Part shown: in pieces, positions 1 to 9,928 of the stretch
How positions within the stretch are numbered: position 1 is the stretch's first letter
How the letters are laid out: each line of letters opens with the position of its first letter
NCBI GenBank assembly: GCA_038328755.1
Contig: JBBQMH010000004.1
Location: 2,193 to 66,192 of the forward strand
Length of the DNA stretch: 64,000 nucleotides
DNA from: Candidatus Limnocylindrales bacterium
Lineage (GTDB): Bacteria; Chloroflexota; Limnocylindria; Limnocylindrales; CSP1-4
Direction of reading: 5' to 3'
Translations under genes and position numbers: made by a program
The notes under the pieces: generated by a model
The model's database searches: none
What the model saw: only the letters and a program-made list of their open reading frames with translations
What the model was told of the DNA's origin: nothing

Positions 1-1723
1 CGCGATCGCGGCCTTCCATCACAACCCGCGCGGTATCCGGGCCCGGGTGCCGTTGATCAAGTTGGTGGCCTCGGCAATCACGATCGGATCGGGCGGATCG
101 GGCGGACGCGAGGGGCCGACGGCCCAGATCAGCGCCGGTTTCGGTTCCTTCCTCGGTCGGTTCCTTGACCTCGACGCCCGTGATTCGCGGATCGCGGTGT
201 CGGTCGGGATGGCGGCCGGCATCGGTGCCATCTTCCGCGCCCCGCTCGGGGGCGCCGTCCTCGGGGCGGAGCTGCTCTACCGCGACGACGTCGAATCGGA
301 AGCGCTCGTCCCGTCGTTCATCGCGACCATCGTCGCGTTCTCGATCTTCGGCACCGCGGAGGGATTCAGCCCGATCTTCGGATCCCAGCCGGGGTTCGCC
401 TTTTCAAACCCCATGCAACTCGGCTGGTACGCGCTCATCGGGATCGTCAGCGGCCTGGTGGGCATCCTGTACATCCGGAGCTTCTACGGACTGACCGATC
501 GATTTCGGGCCTGGAAGATCCCGCGCGCACTGAAGCCAGCGATCGCCGGGTTCATCGTCGGCTGCATCGGGTTGGCGATCCCTGGCGTCCTGGGCACCGG
601 GTATGGGTTCCTCCAGGCGGGGCTCAACCGCGACGCGCTCCTGGCGATCCCCCTCTGGATCGTCATCATCCTGCCGTTCGCGAAGATCCTTGCGACCTCA
701 CTGTCCATCGGCTCGGGCGGGTCAGGCGGTATCTTCGGCCCGGGAATGGCCATCGGAGGACTGCTTGGTGCTGGCATCTGGCGGCTGCTCGAACCGATTG
801 CGCCGGCCATCCCGGCTGATCCCGCACCATTCGTGATCGTGGCGATGATGGCGCTTTTCGGCAGCATCGCCCACGCGCCGCTCGCGGTCATGCTGATGGT
901 GGCCGAGATGACGGGGAACTTGTCGATGCTCGCGCCCGCGATGGTGGCCGTGGGTTTTGCCGCCTTCATCGTCGGTTCCCGGAGCATCTACAAGAGCCAG
1001 CTGGCAACCCGCGCCGAGTCGCCGGCGCACCGGTTCCGCTTTGCCCTGCCGCTGCTCGCTGCGGTTCCGACTGGAGACGTCGCTCGCCAGGCACGAGCCG
1101 CAATCCCGGCGCACTCCACCATCCGGGACGCAATCAGCCAGCTCGTCGCCGCCGAGGTTCCCGGAGCGCCGGTCGTGCGCCGCGACGGGACGATCATCGG
1201 AATCGTCGATCTCGAGGCCATCAGGGACCTTCCGCCCGATGAGCCGGTCGAGGCCCACCTGACGGCTCGCGAGCCGATCATCGCCGCGGAGGACGGTCTC
1301 GACGAGGCTCTCGGTGCCCTCGCGGATCATCACCGCGACTGGGCCCCGGTCGCGGACAACGGGCGACTGGTCGGAATCATCTCCGTTCGCGACGCGATCG
1401 CTGGATACCGGACCGCGCTGAGCGGAAACGTTCGCCAGGTGCGCGGCCTCCGGGCCGGCGGGCTGCTCATGGAGATGGAGGTCAAGCCCGAGGCATCGAT
1501 GACCGGGATGCTGGTATCGGCGATCCCGTGGCCTCGTGACGCCGTGCTCGTGGCGATCGAGCGCGGTGACCTCGTCCTGGTGCCGCGCGGCGACATGACG
1601 ATCAAGGCTGGCGATCGCCTGTCGATCTTCGCCGACCACGCGGCCCGGTCCGCCCTGGAGGAACTGATGGCCGCCCGACGACCCGAGGTTCCAGACCCTG
1701 ACGCCGCGGCATCGGGGGCCTGA
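1..1723 (+). CDS. ClC-family chloride channel with C-terminal CBS pair and TrkA-C (RCK_C)-like domain; 5' end outside window
   Basis: The frame is open from nt 2 up to the first listed Met at 47. Two ClC selectivity motifs (GSGGSGGREGP, GSGGSGGIFGP) and many hydrophobic helices. These are followed by CBS-like repeats (GAPVVRRDGTIIGIVD, WAPVADNGRLVGIISVRD) and a TrkA-C-like tail (VLVAIERGDLVLVPRGDMTIKAGDRLSIF). Confidence 0.85.
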   Translation, partial: AIAAFHHNPRGIRARVPLIKLVASAITIGSGGSGGREGPTAQISAGFGSFLGRFLDLDARDSRIAVSVGMAAGIGAIFRAPLGGAVLGAELLYRDDVESEALVPSFIATIVAFSIFGTAEGFSPIFGSQPGFAFSNPMQLGWYALIGIVSGLVGILYIRSFYGLTDRFRAWKIPRALKPAIAGFIVGCIGLAIPGVLGTGYGFLQAGLNRDALLAIPLWIVIILPFAKILATSLSIGSGGSGGIFGPGMAIGGLLGAGIWRLLEPIAPAIPADPAPFVIVAMMALFGSIAHAPLAVMLMVAEMTGNLSMLAPAMVAVGFAAFIVGSRSIYKSQLATRAESPAHRFRFALPLLAAVPTGDVARQARAAIPAHSTIRDAISQLVAAEVPGAPVVRRDGTIIGIVDLEAIRDLPPDEPVEAHLTAREPIIAAEDGLDEALGALADHHRDWAPVADNGRLVGIISVRDAIAGYRTALSGNVRQVRGLRAGGLLMEMEVKPEASMTGMLVSAIPWPRDAVLVAIERGDLVLVPRGDMTIKAGDRLSIFADHAARSALEELMAARRPEVPDPDAAASGA

Positions 1724-1743
1724 GCCGGGTGCGTGCAGACCGC

Positions 1744-4650
1744 CTACTCCGCCATCACGAGCAGTTGCGTCTCCCCCGCCGCCTCGGCATAGGCCTCAAC
1801 CGGGAGGCACGCACAGACGACGTTCCGATCGCCGTAGACGTTGTCCACCCTGCGGACCGGCGGCCAGTACTTGCGAGCCCGAACCCAGGGCAGCGGAAAG
1901 GCGCCCTCCTCGCGGGTGTACGGCCGCGCCCACTCGTCGCGCAGGAGATCCGTCGCCGTATGAGGCGCGTTCCGGAGCGCGGAGGCCTCCACGGGCACTC
2001 GACCGGCTTCGATCTCGGCGATCTCGGCCCGGATCTGGAGCAGCGCGTCGATGAACCGGTCGAGTTCGGCCTTCGACTCCGATTCGGTCGGTTCGATCAT
2101 CAGGGTTCCGACCACGGGGAAGCTCATCGTCGGAGCGTGGAACCCGAAATCCATCAGCCGCTTTGCGATGTCATCGACCGTCACCCCGCTCGCTGACGAA
2201 ACTGGCCGCACATCGAGGATGCATTCATGCCCGACGTGCCCGTTCGCTCCGACATACAGGACCGGAAACGCCTCACCGAGCCGGCTGGCGAGGTAGTTGG
2301 CATTGAGGATGGCGATCTCAGTCGCTCGCCGAACACCCTCGCTGCCGAGCATCGCGACATAGGCCCACGAGATCGGCAGGATGCTGGCGCTGCCGTACGA
2401 AGCGGACGACACGCGACCGGGATCGTCGAGGCCCACCCCCGGCAGAAACGGAGTGAGATGGCCGGCGACCCCGATCGGGCCGACGCCCGGTCCCCCACCA
2501 CCGTGCGGGATCGCGAACGTCTTGTGCAGGTTCAGGTGACACACATCGGCGCCGATGTCGCCAGGTCGCGACAGCCCGACCTGGGCGTTCATGTTGGCTC
2601 CATCCATGTAGACCTGGCCGCCCGCCTCGTGGACGAGCCCGCAGATCTCGACGATCGATTCCTCGAACACGCCGTGGGTGCTCGGGTAGGTGATCATCAG
2701 CGCGCCGAGGTCCGCCGCGTTGGCCTCGATCTTGGCGCGGAGATCATCGAGGTCCACGTTGCCGTGCGGATCCGTCGCCACGACCACCACCCGATATCCG
2801 GCCATCACCGAACTCGCGGGATTCGTGCCGTGGGCGGATGCCGGGATGAGACAGACGTTGCGATGGCCCTCACCGCGCGAGGCATGCCAGCCACGGATGG
2901 CGAGCAGGCCTGCGAACTCCCCCTGTGACCCCGCGTTCGGCTGGAGGCTGACCGCCTCGAAGCCCGTGATCTCGGCGAGCCAGGACTCAAGCTCCGTGAA
3001 CAGCCGCGTGTAGCCCGGCAACCGGGCGGGATCGCTGAACGGGTGGACCCGCGAGAACCCTGGCAGCCCGATGCCCATCATCTGGGTCGTCGCGTTCAGC
3101 TTCATCGTGCAGCTTCCAAGCGGGATCATCGACCGGGTCAGGGTGATGTCCTTCTCGGCGAGCCGGAAGATGTAGCGGAGCATCTCGGTCTCGGAGCGGT
3201 AGAGCGAGAAGACCGGGTGGGTCAGGATCGGATCCGTCCGTCGCAGGCTGGCTGGAAGAGGCGCGGCCGAGACCTCGGCCTTGGTTCCGATTTCCGGGGC
3301 AGTGGCGCCAAGTGCAGCCAGCACGCTCGCGATATCGGACTCGGAGGTCGTCTCGTCGCAGGCAATCCCGACGCCGGTCGCATCGAGGCGGCGGAGCTCG
3401 AAACCAGCATCCGCGGTCGCGGCGACCAGGGCGTCCGCTCGTCCCGAGTCCCCCGTCTCGATCGCGAGCGCATCGAAGAACTGATCGTGCCGAAGCGAGA
3501 GCCCGGGCACCTCGCGCACGCCGGCCGCCAGGTCCGCGGCACGTTCGTGGACTCGCATCGCGATGGCCCGGAGCCCGGTCGGGCCGTGCCACGTGGCATA
3601 CATGCTGGCGATGACCGCCAGAAGCACCTGTGCCGTGCAGATGTTCGAAGTGGCCTTTTCGCGCCGGATGTGCTGCTCCCGGGTCTGAAGCGTGAGGCGG
3701 TAGGCCGGTGCCCCGTCGGCATCGACCGATACCCCAACGAGCCGGCCGGGCAGATTCCGCCTGAAGGTGGATCGCGTGGCCATGAACGCGGCATGCGGTC
3801 CGCCATATCCCATCGGGACGCCGAAACGCTGGCTGCTGCCGACGACGACGTCGGCACCCTGTGCACCGGGACTCTCCAGGAGAACCGCCGCGAGGATGTC
3901 GGTGGCGACGATCACGATGAGATTGGCAGCGTGGGCCGCTTCGATCTCGGCGTGGAGGGGCCGTACCGCCCCGGACGAGCCGGGATTCGAGAGCACGATG
4001 GCGAATGGCCGCTCGCCCTCCGGCGGGTTCGCTGCTCTCTCGAGCAGCTCCGCTGGCGTCCCGACAACGAGCTCGATGTCGAGCGGCTCGGCCCGCGTAC
4101 GCAGGACGGCGATCGTCTGAGGATGGGTATCGGCATCGACCAGGACGAGGTTCCCATCCTTGACCGACGAGACGCCATGAGCGAGCGTGACGGCCTCGGC
4201 GGCCGCGGTCCCCTCGTCGAGGAGCGAGGCGTTCGCGATCTCCATTCCGGTCAGGTCGCAGACCACGGTCTGGAAGTTGATCAGGGCCTCAAGGCGCCCC
4301 TGGGCGATCTCGGGCTGATACGGCGTGTACGCCGTGTACCAGGCCGGGTTCTCCAGGATGTTCCGCTGGATGACGGCTGGCGTGATGGTGTCGTGGTAGC
4401 CCATCCCGATCATCGTGCGCAGCGGCCGATTCTCGGCCGCCATGGCGCGGAGATCCTCGAATGCCTGGACTTCGGACCGTGCGGCTGGCAGGCCGAGGTC
4501 GCGATCGCGCAGGATGGCCGACGGCACCGTGGCCGCGATCAGTTCCTTGAGTGACGAGCTCCCGATGCTCTTCAGCATGGCAGCGATGTCGGCCTCATCG
4601 GGACCGACATGCCGGTCGACGAACTCGTAATCCCTGGGGATCTCAGGCAT
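1744..4650 (-). CDS. gcvP: glycine dehydrogenase (decarboxylating), single-chain glycine cleavage P protein
   Basis: FVDRHVGPDE near the N-terminus, PYQPEIAQGRLEAL, and the PLP-lysine region CHLNLHKTFAIPHGGGGPG. Start set at ATG 4650 with GGAGAGG about 8 nt upstream. The longer ORF start at 4767 would run through the riboswitch. Confidence 0.95.
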   Translation of the reverse strand: MPEIPRDYEFVDRHVGPDEADIAAMLKSIGSSSLKELIAATVPSAILRDRDLGLPAARSEVQAFEDLRAMAAENRPLRTMIGMGYHDTITPAVIQRNILENPAWYTAYTPYQPEIAQGRLEALINFQTVVCDLTGMEIANASLLDEGTAAAEAVTLAHGVSSVKDGNLVLVDADTHPQTIAVLRTRAEPLDIELVVGTPAELLERAANPPEGERPFAIVLSNPGSSGAVRPLHAEIEAAHAANLIVIVATDILAAVLLESPGAQGADVVVGSSQRFGVPMGYGGPHAAFMATRSTFRRNLPGRLVGVSVDADGAPAYRLTLQTREQHIRREKATSNICTAQVLLAVIASMYATWHGPTGLRAIAMRVHERAADLAAGVREVPGLSLRHDQFFDALAIETGDSGRADALVAATADAGFELRRLDATGVGIACDETTSESDIASVLAALGATAPEIGTKAEVSAAPLPASLRRTDPILTHPVFSLYRSETEMLRYIFRLAEKDITLTRSMIPLGSCTMKLNATTQMMGIGLPGFSRVHPFSDPARLPGYTRLFTELESWLAEITGFEAVSLQPNAGSQGEFAGLLAIRGWHASRGEGHRNVCLIPASAHGTNPASSVMAGYRVVVVATDPHGNVDLDDLRAKIEANAADLGALMITYPSTHGVFEESIVEICGLVHEAGGQVYMDGANMNAQVGLSRPGDIGADVCHLNLHKTFAIPHGGGGPGVGPIGVAGHLTPFLPGVGLDDPGRVSSASYGSASILPISWAYVAMLGSEGVRRATEIAILNANYLASRLGEAFPVLYVGANGHVGHECILDVRPVSSASGVTVDDIAKRLMDFGFHAPTMSFPVVGTLMIEPTESESKAELDRFIDALLQIRAEIAEIEAGRVPVEASALRNAPHTATDLLRDEWARPYTREEGAFPLPWVRARKYWPPVRRVDNVYGDRNVVCACLPVEAYAEAAGETQLLVMAE

Positions 4651-4671
4651 CGGTAATACCTCTCCGGTGCC

Positions 4672-4890
4672 CACGCTGTCCGGGTGCCTGAGAGCGTCCC
4701 CACGGTCGCTCCAAGCGGCCGCGAGTTCCTCCGTCGGCGCGTCTCGCCGGGACGATCCCGTGCTCAACGCTCTCCAGCGTCCCCATCCCTGAGCGGTCCC
4801 TGCTGCCTGAGAGGTTCCGGGCTGTTGCCCCGTCGGCGCCGCCGGTGCTGCCAGATGGTCTGGCCGCCCTGCGATCTCTCCCGCCCAGTT
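4672..4890 (-). promoter_or_regulatory. tandem glycine riboswitch (two aptamers) in the gcvP leader
   Basis: Minus-strand leader read by eye. Aptamer 1: GGGAGAG...GCGCCGACGGGGCAAC...CTCTCAGGCAGCAGGGACCG. Aptamer 2: CTGGAGAGCG...GCGCCGACGGAGGAAC...CTCTCAGGCACCCGGACAGCG. Both match the GGAGAG / ACCGA-GGGGCAA / CTCTCAGGCA-GGAC core of the glycine aptamer, and the element sits directly upstream of gcvP. Confidence 0.85.
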
Positions 4891-4936
4891 CGATTGGGGA
4901 AGTTCTTGCCGGGCATCCTACGCTCTTTCGTGTGAC

Positions 4937-5632
4937 TTGCGGTCGTTAGCGTACCCTTCGCCGGTGACTGCATCGCGCGTCGCGGCGTTCTTTGACGCCG
5001 ATCGCACGCTTCTCGACGTGAATTCGGGCCTGCACTGGGCCCGTCACCAGCACAAGGCCGGCCAGATTTCGACGCTCGACCTGATTCGTGCCGCTCTGTG
5101 GACCATTCGCTACCGGCTCGCCACGATCGACCAGGAGTCACTGATCGGACGTGTCGCCCGCCTCTATGCCGGGACATCGGTGGCCCTTGCCGAAACCGAG
5201 GTGGGTCGCTGGTTCGACGCCGAAATGCAGCGGTTCATCCGCCCGGCAGGTCAGCGGCGCGTTCGCGAGCATCTCGAGGCCGGGCATGTCGTTGCGATCC
5301 TCTCGTCCGGGACCCGGTTCACCCTCGAACCACTTGCCGGGATCCTGGGCATCAAGCACATCGTCTGCACGGTCTTCGAGGAGGTCGACGGGCTGCTGAC
5401 CGGGTCGCATGTCCGCCCGGCCTGCGCCGGCATGGGCAAGGTCACGCTCGCGGAACGGTTCGCGGCCGAGCACGACGTCAATCTCAGCGCCAGCTACTTC
5501 TACACGGACAGCCACGCCGACATCGGTCTGCTCGAGCGCGTCGGCCTGCCGCGCGTCGTGACTCCGGATCTTCGGCTTCGCCGGCAGGCACGCCGACGCG
5601 GCTGGAGCATCGAGGACTGGGCGCTCGTCTGA
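4937..5632 (+). CDS. HAD-superfamily subfamily IB hydrolase (SerB-like phosphatase family)
   Basis: HAD motif I FFDADRTLLD, later ILSSGT, and C-terminal YTDSHADIGLL. TTG start at 4937; an in-frame GTG at 4964 is an alternative start. Confidence 0.8.
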   Translation: MRSLAYPSPVTASRVAAFFDADRTLLDVNSGLHWARHQHKAGQISTLDLIRAALWTIRYRLATIDQESLIGRVARLYAGTSVALAETEVGRWFDAEMQRFIRPAGQRRVREHLEAGHVVAILSSGTRFTLEPLAGILGIKHIVCTVFEEVDGLLTGSHVRPACAGMGKVTLAERFAAEHDVNLSASYFYTDSHADIGLLERVGLPRVVTPDLRLRRQARRRGWSIEDWALV

Positions 5633-5701
5633 GTCCCGCTCCCGGTCGGCGCCAGGTCCCCGGACCGCGCCGCGCGGCTCAATCCACGAGGGATCCTCTT
5701 C

Positions 5702-6766
5702 TCAGGCTTCGTGGATCGTCGTTGGCGCCCCGTGGATCGCGGGAATGCTGCCGAGCCGACCGGCCTGGTAATCGGCGACGGCTTGCATGAGCTCATCGCG
5801 CGTATTCATGACGAACGGTCCCATCCAGGCCACTGGTTCCCGGATCGGGCGTCCGCCGAGGATGAGGACGTCGAGATTGGGGCTTCGCGATTCCTGACGA
5901 CCAAGCGGCAGCGCGGAGATCGTCAGGGCGTCACCCGGGCCGAACACCGCCAGCTGACCGGTCCCGATCGGCACGGATTCGGTCCCGAAACCGCGAGTCA
6001 AGCCGCCGGATGCGCCGGCCCGCGAGGCGCCTGGATCCCCGGCTGATCCAAGACCGGACATCGCATAGACCAGCGCGTTGTAGTCCGCCCGCCACGGCAG
6101 CCGCAGGCTGGCGCCGGGGCTCAGCGTGGCGTGGACGAGGGTCATCGGCGAGTAGGTGGAGCCAGGCCCCGCCAGGCCGGCGACCTCACCGGCGATGACA
6201 CGGACCAGGGCACCACCGTCGGGAGAGCTGGCCAGAGCGACCTCGCTGGCGCGGATGTCCTGGTAGCGCGGCGCGGCGAACTTCTGAGCCGCTGGCAGGT
6301 TCACCCAGAGCTGAAACCCATGGAACAGTCCACCGCTGGCCACAAGCCATTCCGGCGGTTTCTCGATGTGAAGGATCCCTGCGCCCGCGGTCATCCACTG
6401 GGTATCGCCATTGGTGATGACCCCACCCCCGCCGTTGGAGTCAGCATGCTCGAACACGCCGTCGATCATGTAGGTGACCGTCTCGAACCCGCGGTGCGGG
6501 TGCCACGGCGTGCCTTTGGGTTCGCCGGGCGCGTATTCGACTTCCCCCATCTGGTCGAGATGGATGAATGGGTCGAGGTCGGCAAGGTCGACGCCGGCGA
6601 AGGCCCGGCGGACCGGAAAGCCCTCGCCTTCATACCCTGACGGCGCCACGGTCACGCTGGCAATCGGGCGGTGGCGAGCCACGAGCGGATCCGGCTCGGG
6701 GATTCGTGGCAGGACGGTGATGTCGTCGACGGTGATGGCAGGCACGCTACATAGTTGCGCAGTCAA
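5702..6766 (-). CDS. pirin family protein (cupin)
   Basis: WHPHRGFETVTYMIDGVFEHADSNGGGG and MTAGAGILHIEKP are typical pirin N-terminal cupin motifs. Confidence 0.85.
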   Translation of the reverse strand: MTAQLCSVPAITVDDITVLPRIPEPDPLVARHRPIASVTVAPSGYEGEGFPVRRAFAGVDLADLDPFIHLDQMGEVEYAPGEPKGTPWHPHRGFETVTYMIDGVFEHADSNGGGGVITNGDTQWMTAGAGILHIEKPPEWLVASGGLFHGFQLWVNLPAAQKFAAPRYQDIRASEVALASSPDGGALVRVIAGEVAGLAGPGSTYSPMTLVHATLSPGASLRLPWRADYNALVYAMSGLGSAGDPGASRAGASGGLTRGFGTESVPIGTGQLAVFGPGDALTISALPLGRQESRSPNLDVLILGGRPIREPVAWMGPFVMNTRDELMQAVADYQAGRLGSIPAIHGAPTTIHEA

Positions 6767-6823
6767 CAGTCTGTGTCAAGCCGCGGCACCGGCGGCCGCT
6801 GGATGAACAGGACGGGAGCCCGG

Positions 6824-7525
6824 TCAGCTGACCGGTCCATCTCCTGGACCGACGGCCACGCCGGGCTTCGCGCCGTCGGGTCGCTGCGCGGTCCGCTCTC
6901 CATCGGTCGCGGGGGTACCGCGGTGGCGTGGCTCCCCGATCTCGTGATGTCGATGGCAGCGCGCCTCGTACGTTTCGGCGGCGGCCTCGTCGTAGCCGCC
7001 GATCACGACGAGTGGATCGTCGATCGCCGCCGGGCGACCGCCGACCAGTCGCTGTGTCCGGGTCGCGGGATCGCCGCACACCACGCAGATGGCCGTCAGC
7101 ATCGTCACCGCGTCGGCGTGAGCCAGCAGGATCGGCATCGGACCGAACGGGCGGGCCGCGAAATCGAGATTGAGCCCGCTCGCAATGACGTGGCGCCCAC
7201 TATCGCGAAGCTTGAGGACGATGTCGACCAGCTGCGTATCGAAGAACTGCCCCTCCTCGATCCCGACCAGGTCAGCGTCACGCTCGCGGGCCAGGGCGAG
7301 GATCGCTGACGGCTCTTCCGGGTTGACCAGGACCGAGGGATAGCGCGCCTTGGAGCGACTTTCCGCGAATTCGCCTGGCGTCCGGTTGTCGATCTGGGGC
7401 CGGACGAGGAGGATCCTTCGCCGCGCAACCTCGGCCCGGCGGAGCAGGCGCAGGAGCTCGTCGGTCTTGCCCGAGGACATGCAGCCGGCGATGACGTGGA
7501 GCCACGGATCCGCTCGGAATGGCAT
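6824..7525 (-). CDS. tdk: thymidine kinase
   Basis: P-loop VIAGCMSSGKTDELL, IEEGQFF, and the zinc ribbon CVVCGDPA...ARCHRHH. Carries a C-terminal extension of about 35 aa. Confidence 0.9.
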   Translation of the reverse strand: MPFRADPWLHVIAGCMSSGKTDELLRLLRRAEVARRRILLVRPQIDNRTPGEFAESRSKARYPSVLVNPEEPSAILALARERDADLVGIEEGQFFDTQLVDIVLKLRDSGRHVIASGLNLDFAARPFGPMPILLAHADAVTMLTAICVVCGDPATRTQRLVGGRPAAIDDPLVVIGGYDEAAAETYEARCHRHHEIGEPRHRGTPATDGERTAQRPDGAKPGVAVGPGDGPVS

Positions 7526-7575
7526 GTCCGGAATCTACCGGGCCGGGCCCGGACGTGCTCGTCGGGTGCGGCCCG

Positions 7576-8808
7576 CTACTCGACGGTGCTGTAGAGCGCC
7601 TCGATCCGAGCGACCGATTCGTCCAGGCGCGCCTCCGTGATCCGGCCCGAGGCGAGGTGATCCATCACGATCGTGATCACGTGGTCGACAATGTCAGGGT
7701 CATAGACCTGCTGATTGGCGAACAGCAGAAGATCCACGCCCGAGGCGATTGCAAGAGCGATCGCCTCGCCGTCCCCATAGCGCTGGGTGACAGCCGGAGC
7801 TTGGAGGTCATCGCTGATGACCACACCCGACCAGCCCAACTGGTTGCGCAGGAGCCCGGTGACCGTGACGCGAGACAGCACGGCCGGATAATCCGTATCC
7901 AGCTGGCCATTGACGATCCCGCCGACCATCACGGCGCTCGGGAGATCGGCGCTGATCAGGGCGCGGAACGGCTCCAGTTCAGTCTCGGTCCAGGTCGCCG
8001 TCACGTCCACGACTCCCTTGTCGGTGTTGCCCGTGGCGCTGCCTTCTCCCGGAAAGTGCTTGATCGCGGTTCGGATCCCTGCGCCGCGCAGCGCCTCGAT
8101 GACGGCAGTCGCATGGGCCACCACGACCACTGGGTCGGCCGAGAAGCTGCGATCGAGAGCCCCGATGGCCGGGTTCGACGGATTGACGTTGAGATCGACC
8201 ACAGGGGCCAGGTTGAAATCGATCCCGGCACCGGCCAGCGTGATGGCGGTCAGTACTGCGGCGTTCGTCGTGCGCTCGAGGTCATCTGCGGCCCCAAGCT
8301 CGGCTGCCGAGGGGGTCGCCGGATACCCATTCGTGGGGTTCAGCCTCGCCACGCGGCCGCCTTCCTGGTCCACCGCGATCAGCAGATGCGGTCCGATGGA
8401 ACCCCGGAGGGCCGTCGATCGCAGCAGTCCGGTCAGTGCGCCGAGTTGATCCGGGGCGACGATGTTGCGCCCGGTCGTCTTCGTCTGGCCGTCCCGGTCG
8501 AACAGGATGACCCCGCCGAGCTCGCCGGCGGCGATCGCCTGCATGAACGGCTCGGTTGGAGCCGGGGCGGTGCCTCGGAACCCGATGACGAGCATCCGGC
8601 CGATCTTGCGGCGGAGGCTAGCGATCGATGTCTGCGTCGAGCTGGCCGAGGGCGTCGGGGCCTCGGTGGGATCCAAGGTCGCATCGGCCGTCCGCAGGGG
8701 CGCGGGGCTCCCGGTGCCCCGGGCCGACTCGGTGACCCCCGGTGTCGCGGTTCCTCCACCCACGCAGGCGGCGACGACCACCCCGATGACCCCGGCGAGC
8801 GCGGCCAC
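7576..8808 (-). CDS. glycoside hydrolase family 3 beta-N-acetylhexosaminidase-like lipoprotein
   Basis: GH3 N-domain motifs GGVILFDRD, NLAPVVDLNVNPSNPAIGALDRSF, IKHFPGEGSATGNTDKG and VVISDDL. Lipobox VVAAC near the N-terminus. GTG start at 8808; a possible upstream CTG start at 8838 is discussed in findings. Confidence 0.8.
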   Translation of the reverse strand: MAALAGVIGVVVAACVGGGTATPGVTESARGTGSPAPLRTADATLDPTEAPTPSASSTQTSIASLRRKIGRMLVIGFRGTAPAPTEPFMQAIAAGELGGVILFDRDGQTKTTGRNIVAPDQLGALTGLLRSTALRGSIGPHLLIAVDQEGGRVARLNPTNGYPATPSAAELGAADDLERTTNAAVLTAITLAGAGIDFNLAPVVDLNVNPSNPAIGALDRSFSADPVVVVAHATAVIEALRGAGIRTAIKHFPGEGSATGNTDKGVVDVTATWTETELEPFRALISADLPSAVMVGGIVNGQLDTDYPAVLSRVTVTGLLRNQLGWSGVVISDDLQAPAVTQRYGDGEAIALAIASGVDLLLFANQQVYDPDIVDHVITIVMDHLASGRITEARLDESVARIEALYSTVE

Positions 8809-8834
8809 GAACCGGCGTCGCGACAGCGGGGCAG

Positions 8835-9779
8835 TCAGGCGGTCCGTGCCAGAATCTCCATCAGCATACCGACGAACTTCGGCTCGTCGGCGTCCATGGC
8901 GAACTGGACGTTGGCCGGCCGACCGCTCCGGAAACTGAAGTCACACACCGTTCGCCCGACGGATAGCTCCCCGGCGACCTCCACATCAACCGGAATGAAC
9001 TTCGTCGTGATGATCGAAGGGTCGATCACCGCGCAGACCGCGAGTGCGTCATGGACCGGGGCGGCATTCATGCGATGCATCGGCTGGGTGGCGTCGTAGC
9101 CCTCGATTCGCTTCTCGACGAAACGCGCCGCGGCTTCTCCCGCGGGTGTCCCGAGGGCACGCAGGGCGCCGCAATCGTCGAGGGAAACGAGCGCCCGGTG
9201 CGTCGCGTCAAGCGGGACCATTCGGATGGGCCGCCCGCAATTCACCACGATCCTCGCGGCTTCCGGGTCGAGCCAGATGTTGAACTCGGCGGACGGGGTC
9301 GAGTTCCCGTGATGGTGGGCTCCACCCATGATCACGATCTGTGGAATCCGCTCCAGGATCCGTGGCTCCTTCACGATGGCCGCGGCGACGTTCGTCAACG
9401 GTCCGACCGGCACGAGCGTGATGTCGCCATCGGACGCGAGGTACATGTCGATCAGCCAGTCCACGGCGTGTCCCGGTTGGAGCTTCGCGTGCGTGGCCGG
9501 CGGAAGATCCAGCAGCGAACCATGTATCCGACTGGCGGGGTTCAGCTGCGTCATCTGCGCCCGGGCCAGGGGCCGCGTCATGCCCATGTGGACCGGAATT
9601 GCCGGCAGCCCGATCCAGTCGAACACCCGCAGCGTGTTCTCGGTGCAGTTGTCGACGGTCGTGTTGCCGTTGACCGTGGTGGCACCGACCAGCTCGATAT
9701 CGGGCGAGAGCGCCGCGACCATCAGGGCGACGGCATCGTCGGTCCCGGTATCAACGTCGAGGATGATCCTGGTGGGCAT
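8835..9779 (-). CDS. nucleoside hydrolase (inosine/uridine-preferring family)
   Basis: N-terminal MPTRIILDVDTGTDDAVAL (DxDxxxDD fingerprint). Start moved to ATG 9779; the 50 upstream residues of the listed ORF are Arg/Ser/Pro junk. Confidence 0.9.
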   Translation of the reverse strand: MPTRIILDVDTGTDDAVALMVAALSPDIELVGATTVNGNTTVDNCTENTLRVFDWIGLPAIPVHMGMTRPLARAQMTQLNPASRIHGSLLDLPPATHAKLQPGHAVDWLIDMYLASDGDITLVPVGPLTNVAAAIVKEPRILERIPQIVIMGGAHHHGNSTPSAEFNIWLDPEAARIVVNCGRPIRMVPLDATHRALVSLDDCGALRALGTPAGEAAARFVEKRIEGYDATQPMHRMNAAPVHDALAVCAVIDPSIITTKFIPVDVEVAGELSVGRTVCDFSFRSGRPANVQFAMDADEPKFVGMLMEILARTA

Positions 9780-9928
9780 TGGTGCAGTGTGCCCGATCGA
9801 CGATCGCTTGGCCGTGGGCAGGGCCCGCTGGCAACGTCCCCGAGATCGCGCCGGCGACGGCGGGGGGCCCGGACGCGTACGATTGCGCGACCGTCCCGAT
9901 CTCCGGGACGATTCAAGGTCGAGGGACA

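Noticed and set aside
4764-5177. 137-aa minus-strand ORF and the 4767 start of the long gcvP ORF
   Set aside because: Both overlap the glycine riboswitch and the HAD gene. gcvP homology only begins near ATG 4650, which has its own SD.
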